DNA of 64,000 nt, from contig QZKH01000003.1 in the NCBI GenBank assembly GCA_003598025.1, positions 234,048 through 298,047 of the forward strand, written 5' to 3'. The first letter of the stretch is position 1. Every line of letters starts with the position of its first letter. Below are positions 58,749-64,000 of the stretch, one piece after another. The notes under the pieces were generated by a model, which saw only the letters and a program-made list of their open reading frames with translations, was not told the origin of the DNA and did not search any database. Source of the stretch: Candidatus Omnitrophota bacterium (GTDB lineage Bacteria; Omnitrophota; Gorgyraeia; Gygaellales; Profunditerraquicolaceae). The translations under genes were made by a program, and so were the position numbers.

Positions 58749-59967
58749 TTTCTTCTGAACAAAAACGTTTAAAAGATAAAAGTAAACCTATCATAAACCA
58801 GAAGATCATCGATACCCTAGAATAATAAAGACTGGTTTCTGTAAGCCCGTTTATCAAAAAAGCAGCTATTCCGGCAACCAAAGAAATTACGTAAGTCTTG
58901 AGATATCCGCTAGTAAGCTTAGAATATATTTTTTTTGCCTCAGAAAAAACGCTAATCAAGAGCCATATGAAAATACTCAATCCTATAATACCCGTCTCAC
59001 CGGCCATCTGAAGGTAATGATTATGAGCATACATATGATCTGCCGTCCCTGCATAGTCCGGCTCAGGAAGTTTGTATTTTAGATAATTTTCCGGGAAAGT
59101 AGAAAATCCTACTCCGATAAAAGGATGATGCTTGATCATATTCATAGTATTGCGGTAAACGCTTATCCTGTCATCATTCAACATAAACCTTACAGGATTA
59201 TAATTGACATCCTTAGCCCAGTTTTTTACATTTTTTGGCAGTAAAAACGGTGATATCAAGATAAATATGATAAGAAGTGTGGTTAAAAGCTTATTCCTCT
59301 TCAATATAGCTATCAAAAGAACGCTTAAATATAACGCAAGAGCTGTCCCGCGGGAAAGAGTAAGGAACACCCCGGTAATAGCAAGTAAGCTAAAAAATAG
59401 CATACAGGTTTTTTTAGCTCCCTTAAAAGCAAACAACGCCATGCCGGTAATAACGGGTGCTATAGCGCTGACATAAACACCGAAAACATTGGCATTAGGG
59501 AAAGCTGCTGTGGCGCGCTTTAGCCCGATATTTATTATCGGTGCATGGCCGCGTATAAAATCTTTTCCTGAATATAACTGCCAGAGCCCGTCAATAGAAG
59601 ACATAACAGCACCGCAGATAATCCCCCCCAGAATCCTGCCCAGATGTTTTTTATCGCGCACCTCTTCAGCGCAAATGAGAAAGAGCATGGCATATTCAAC
59701 AAATTTCCATATCCCCCTTATGCTGGACTTAAGATCAATGCTATTTTTAAAAGAGATTATTGAAATAATGACCAGTAATATAAACGGGATATTTATTGCG
59801 GTTCGGACAAAAAGTCTCTGGCGTTTAAGGATTTTCTTTAAGAGAAAACTGCAGAATAAAAAGCCCATAAATGAGTAGGTAAACGCCGGAGAAATAGAAA
59901 TTGAAAACGGGATTAATATTATTGACCAATAAATAATAAAATCACAGATGCTTATAACTTTTGACAC
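58741..59967 (-). CDS. O-antigen ligase (WaaL/Wzy_C family)
   Basis: R..A.F.N.N, TLSRG, HPFIGVG, AHN.YLQ..GETGIIG. Confidence 0.88.
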   Translation of the reverse strand: MSKVISICDFIIYWSIILIPFSISISPAFTYSFMGFLFCSFLLKKILKRQRLFVRTAINIPFILLVIISIISFKNSIDLKSSIRGIWKFVEYAMLFLICAEEVRDKKHLGRILGGIICGAVMSSIDGLWQLYSGKDFIRGHAPIINIGLKRATAAFPNANVFGVYVSAIAPVITGMALFAFKGAKKTCMLFFSLLAITGVFLTLSRGTALALYLSVLLIAILKRNKLLTTLLIIFILISPFLLPKNVKNWAKDVNYNPVRFMLNDDRISVYRNTMNMIKHHPFIGVGFSTFPENYLKYKLPEPDYAGTADHMYAHNHYLQMAGETGIIGLSIFIWLLISVFSEAKKIYSKLTSGYLKTYVISLVAGIAAFLINGLTETSLYYSRVSMIFWFMIGLLLSFKRFCSEENG

Positions 59968-60648
59968 TTAGCCTCCGAATCTGTATTTTATCATATAGAA
60001 AATAGCCCAAAAAGCATCATTGAGCCTTATTTTCTTGCCTTCTTTGTATGAACGCGGGATATATGAAACAGGGACCTCGATTATCCTGAGCTTACGTTTA
60101 ATTGCATTGCATACAATCTCAACGTCAATATCAAATCCATTTGCCTTTAAATCAAGGTTCAAAAAAGTCTTGCGCGAAGCCAGCTTATAACAGGTCGCAT
60201 AATCATTGAGCCTGCTTGAATAAAGCAAATTCAAGAACCCGGTAAGGGCTTTATTGCCAAGCCTGTGGAAGAATAACCCTTGATACCCCCCCAGGAACCT
60301 CACACCAAGAACCAGGCTTTCATCAGCGCAATCTTTGATGGCGCTGATTAATTTACGGTAATCTTCGGGATTATATTCCAGGTCTGCATCTTGTATCAAT
60401 ACATAATCTCCTGTTGCATTGCTAAGCCCGCTCTTAAAAGCAGCGCCCTTGCCCCTGTTGCTGGAATGATAAATAACTTTCAGGTTCAAAAGCTTTAATT
60501 CGGAAATAATACCCATTGTACCGTCTGTAGAGCCATCATCCACTACGATGATCTCTTTGTCGATATCAATACGCTGTATCTTCTCTATAACCTGCCTTAT
60601 TGTCTTTGACTCGTTGAAAACAGGCACTATCACTGATAATAACGGCAT
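59968..60648 (-). CDS. GT2 polyprenol-phosphate glycosyltransferase-like
   Basis: VDDGSTDGT, NRGKGAA, QDADLEY.P.DY, R...EGKK. Confidence 0.9.
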   Translation of the reverse strand: MPLLSVIVPVFNESKTIRQVIEKIQRIDIDKEIIVVDDGSTDGTMGIISELKLLNLKVIYHSSNRGKGAAFKSGLSNATGDYVLIQDADLEYNPEDYRKLISAIKDCADESLVLGVRFLGGYQGLFFHRLGNKALTGFLNLLYSSRLNDYATCYKLASRKTFLNLDLKANGFDIDVEIVCNAIKRKLRIIEVPVSYIPRSYKEGKKIRLNDAFWAIFYMIKYRFGG

Positions 60649-60649
60649 T

Positions 60650-61345
60650 TTACTTCATCCTCTCTTTTAATGCCCAAAGATATATCCGGATATAATTAGG
60701 CAACAGCCTGAAAACCTTAAAACTGGATTTACCCTTTTCTCTTTCTTTCCATTTTGTGGGGACTTCTGTCACCTTGAAACCATTAAAATAAGCCCTTAAA
60801 GCCAGCTCCATCGATACCTCAAAGCCTTTAGAATAGATAGTTATGCCTTTAATAGCTTCCTTACGGTACATTTTAAAGGCATTTGCTATATCATGGGTAG
60901 GTACACCGATAAGTAAATGCACAGTAAAACCTCCTAACCGTGACAGCATAGCCTTGAATTTCGGCCCTCCCTGCCTCAAACCCCCTTTAATATATCTTGA
61001 GCCGCAAACAACATCATAACCCTGTATTATTTTATCATACATTTTATTGACAGTTTGAAGTTCGTCACACAAATCCGCCATTACCGGCAACAAAACATCT
61101 CCCTTGGCGTTTCCGATACCGCACATTATCGCATTAGCAAAGCCCCTCTCTTTTTCATTATTAACCAGCACTAAGTTAGGATAAGAAGTAGCTAATCTAT
61201 TTACCAATGCATGCGTATTATCGGTCGAATGGTCATTCACGACTACCAGCTCATGCTCTGGTAGCATGGCCTGTTCAAGCTTACTAATAACATCAGCGAT
61301 ATTTGCTTCTTCGTTATATGCAGGGATGATAATAGAGAGTTTCAT
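60650..61345 (-). CDS. GT2 DPM1-like glycosyltransferase
   Basis: IPAYNEE, VND.STD, MAD..D, GSRY..GG, EVP. Confidence 0.9.
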   Translation of the reverse strand: MKLSIIIPAYNEEANIADVISKLEQAMLPEHELVVVNDHSTDNTHALVNRLATSYPNLVLVNNEKERGFANAIMCGIGNAKGDVLLPVMADLCDELQTVNKMYDKIIQGYDVVCGSRYIKGGLRQGGPKFKAMLSRLGGFTVHLLIGVPTHDIANAFKMYRKEAIKGITIYSKGFEVSMELALRAYFNGFKVTEVPTKWKEREKGKSSFKVFRLLPNYIRIYLWALKERMK

Positions 61346-63504
61346 TTAATCAATTTGAATATTTTAATCGTATTATTAGAAAAAACCTCTTTAAATTCAC
61401 CGGGATGTTCAATTGCCCAGTAATATTCTATAGGAAATTCAATCTTTTCAGTCTGATGAAGAGAATAGATAAAAATGAAATCGGTATTACGCCTTTTAAG
61501 ATTGACCAGCCAAATATTATAATCGGCATTCCCGCGGTAATTATTTGGCTCATTTAAATTCTCATGTAATGAGGTAAAATTATAACCCCATTCGTATGAA
61601 CTGTCACTAAAATAATGGGGCATAGCCGGGTCGGTTTTATTGACCGAAACATAATAAACATTATTTTTAAAACCTGTGCCATAAAGCGGGTATACCACCG
61701 GCCTGCCGGCGTAGGCGATATTGTTTGATTGGGTATTATTATTGAGCCATTCCCAGGCATAGGTTGCTTCAGGCCAAAATCCTGAATATTCAACCATTTT
61801 TACATATCTTTTATATTCGTTACGTATATAGAATTTCTGGGCAAGGGTAAGCCCTAAAAAACAGCATAATGCTATTAAGGTTAATGCCCGAACATCCGGT
61901 CTGAATCTTAAAATCGAAGCCTGTCTCTTAATTAAAAAATAAAACAGGGCAAATGTAAGTAATCCGGAATTGGCCAATTCCCAATATGAGGATAACTCCA
62001 GGGACGGAAAAACGATACATAAAAAAATAATAATGGTAACTGCTTTTTTATTTATTCTGAGCTTCTGTATTAAAAAGAATGCGAGCACCATTCCTATAGA
62101 TAAAGCTGCAAATAAATACCTTAAATTAGCAAGGGGTATCACATACCTGTAGGTTAAATACATTAAAAAAGGCAGGATCGAAAAATAAAGCAAAAAATAG
62201 TCTTTTTTGGATTTATTCTTTACAAATATATAAACCGGGGCTATAAGCGAAGCCGGAAGGGTAAAAAATAACGTCTGCACGCCCAAGCCTTCATGGAAAA
62301 GGGCTTTTATCAGGCTATAATCTTCCGGTTTGAAATGAGCCCGGTAAATGACCGGCTCCATGACACCACGTAACAATCTAAAACCGAATAATTCTACATT
62401 AAGCGGATAAAGCGGGTTACCGGTATTTATATAATTCCTCAGATAAGAGTATCCTCCCAAAAACAGCACGGAAATAATAAAAAGAAAAATGGAGCTCATC
62501 GGGCTAAAGCCCGAGGTTTCTTGGAGCGAAACACTGAGCGGCCCAACTCCATCCGTACCTTTAAAGGTGCGGTTTTGTGGCCGCGAACGTATAAAACCCG
62601 CTTTCTTTATCTCTTTAAAAGAAATAAACACATATGGCATAAACAACAACAAACTGTAAGGCAGCCCTACAGTCTTAGTCCCCAGAAGAAGCCCGATACT
62701 TAAACCAAAAAGTATATTATTTTTTAGCGAAAATTCTTCATACAATAATAAAAGAAAATATAAAGCTGACAGGAAATAAAAACACACCATCAGGTCAACA
62801 TAAGCGATCTCCAGCTGTTTAAAATAATTTGGCATCAGCGAGAATAAAGATGCCGCAAATAATGAATAGGGCGAAGATACCCCTATCTTTCTTGCCAATG
62901 CATAAGTTGCCGTAAAGCTAAGCGCAAAAAAGGGAAGCTGCCCCAGGTCAGCGACAAATACGCTCCTAAAAGGCATGATAAGCCATAAGTAGAACAGGCT
63001 GCCATTTATTGGATAATACGAAGGGCTGGGATCGTCAAAAACCGTGATCGGGATGTTTAAATTCCTGTTTTTAAGCCATTCCACAGCAAAGGTAAAATGA
63101 TAATTTAAAGAATCCCAGCCAAAAGGCGGATTGAAAAGATTGATAGAAGATTTAATTACAACAAATCCCGTAATTGTAGAAATAGCTAAAAGTAATAATT
63201 TGCTTTTAAGTAGATCCCCAAGATTAGTTCTTACGTCCTTAATGGAAGGGTTAATTACCGGCCTATTAAAAACAAACATAGTTAAAAACATTATAATCAA
63301 ATTTAAATATATGAGATTTTCAAGGGTCAATGCCCCGGCAATACCTAAGGCCTGTTCTGACAGAATAATCTGCGAAACGTAAATAATAAATGCGCAGATC
63401 AGTGATTCGGCCAGGCCTACAGGCTTAAATCCCCTAAAGGTGATTAGAAAAGCATTAAAAATTACGATAGCATTCATAAATATGCAAGCAAGCAGCATTC
63501 TCAT
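61342..63504 (-). CDS. Multi-pass membrane protein, probable GT-C glycosyltransferase, carrying an in-frame repeat insertion
   Basis: WDSLNYH, YYP, YVD, G...GTK, YLRN...GNPLYP, RY motifs; adjacent to two GT2 genes. Confidence 0.7.
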   Translation of the reverse strand: MRMLLACIFMNAIVIFNAFLITFRGFKPVGLAESLICAFIIYVSQIILSEQALGIAGALTLENLIYLNLIIMFLTMFVFNRPVINPSIKDVRTNLGDLLKSKLLLLAISTITGFVVIKSSINLFNPPFGWDSLNYHFTFAVEWLKNRNLNIPITVFDDPSPSYYPINGSLFYLWLIMPFRSVFVADLGQLPFFALSFTATYALARKIGVSSPYSLFAASLFSLMPNYFKQLEIAYVDLMVCFYFLSALYFLLLLYEEFSLKNNILFGLSIGLLLGTKTVGLPYSLLLFMPYVFISFKEIKKAGFIRSRPQNRTFKGTDGVGPLSVSLQETSGFSPMSSIFLFIISVLFLGGYSYLRNYINTGNPLYPLNVELFGFRLLRGVMEPVIYRAHFKPEDYSLIKALFHEGLGVQTLFFTLPASLIAPVYIFVKNKSKKDYFLLYFSILPFLMYLTYRYVIPLANLRYLFAALSIGMVLAFFLIQKLRINKKAVTIIIFLCIVFPSLELSSYWELANSGLLTFALFYFLIKRQASILRFRPDVRALTLIALCCFLGLTLAQKFYIRNEYKRYVKMVEYSGFWPEATYAWEWLNNNTQSNNIAYAGRPVVYPLYGTGFKNNVYYVSVNKTDPAMPHYFSDSSYEWGYNFTSLHENLNEPNNYRGNADYNIWLVNLKRRNTDFIFIYSLHQTEKIEFPIEYYWAIEHPGEFKEVFSNNTIKIFKLIK
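62489..62596 (+). mobile_element. 108-bp two-hairpin mini-element, copy C, in frame inside a CDS
   Basis: Hairpins TCGGGCT-AA-AGCCCGA and CCGTACCTT-TA-AAGGTGCGG; homologous to copies A and B. Confidence 0.85.
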
Positions 63505-63523
63505 AAAATCCTCGCTAAAATTA

Positions 63524-64000
63524 TTATTTAACTTCGGTTAACCTGGCAGTTACCAGCATCCCACCGGCAAAAACCCTTATTAACAACGGTATATTTTCAT
63601 CCTTTTTTAAAAATTTAATAGTCAGGCTGGTTTGGTGATAAGGATTCTTATCTACTCTCTTTATTTTTCCGTCAATCGTAAAAATATTATTTTGTTCATT
63701 CATTATTTTTGAGCCGCTATATATCAAACCCGCGACAAATACATAATTCTTTTGATTAGAATTAATATACATTTTGATTTCTTTAGTTGCGGCTAAATCT
63801 GTTTTTATGAGTTTATGCATCAAAGAAAGAGGATCATATGTACTTGGCAGGATTTTACGCTCAACGCCTTCTATTTTCATAACAAGTTTCTTTTGGTCGT
63901 AACTGACCTCTTTTACTGATTTTTTGCCTTTAGCAATCAGTTCCTCTCTGAAGAATAATGGGACAGAGCTTGCTTTATCGATATAAGAATCCAGCGTGGC
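63524..64000 (-). CDS. Hypothetical protein, 3' part (DUF3108-like beta-rich); runs off window end
   Basis: The frame stays open from 64000 (ATLDSYIDKASSVPLFFREE...LVMKIEG), so the track ATG at 63880 is internal. DPLS and PLLIRV..G.L...L resemble DUF3108. Confidence 0.55.
   Translation of the reverse strand, partial: ATLDSYIDKASSVPLFFREELIAKGKKSVKEVSYDQKKLVMKIEGVERKILPSTYDPLSLMHKLIKTDLAATKEIKMYINSNQKNYVFVAGLIYSGSKIMNEQNNIFTIDGKIKRVDKNPYHQTSLTIKFLKKDENIPLLIRVFAGGMLVTARLTEVK

Overview
This is a dense, moderately AT-rich stretch of bacterial core chromosome, with all but one gene on the - strand. Gene content and order suggest a diderm anaerobe, possibly PVC/Ca. Omnitrophota-like, but that placement is an inference. 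In window order it holds: rpoC (partial)-rpoB-rplL-rplJ-rplA-rplK-nusG-secE-tRNA-Trp-rpmG-tRNA-Thr (no tuf); rsmA-pdxA-surA-mfd-secDF-yajC-rpsP-trpE; a his cluster; alaS-recX-recA; a + strand GAF-GGDEF gene; smc with upstream receiver and HTH genes; etfA-etfB-acyl-CoA dehydrogenase; argA-like, glgC, marC; a GT-C-like protein, an MFS transporter, secG-tpiA-pgk, a membrane spermidine-synthase-like protein, gap; two tandem galT-like genes; fmt, priA; and a large LPS/envelope glycosylation cluster. No CRISPR array, rRNA, transposase or integrase was seen. The most unusual signals are: (1) a ~108-bp two-hairpin mini-element in three copies, one translated in frame inside a membrane protein and one supplying the hisI stop codon; (2) an intact tRNA-Trp nested between the 5' and 3' fragments of a second tRNA-Trp-like sequence, with 12-bp inverted repeats at the junctions; (3) an SMC with no canonical hinge, in an apparent HTH-receiver-smc operon; (4) dispersed TGAACTA heptamer arrays that form a 20-bp inverted repeat abutting two divergent promoters; (5) an active plus catalytically substituted GalT pair; (6) trimmed or degenerate Mfd, PriA and HisB.
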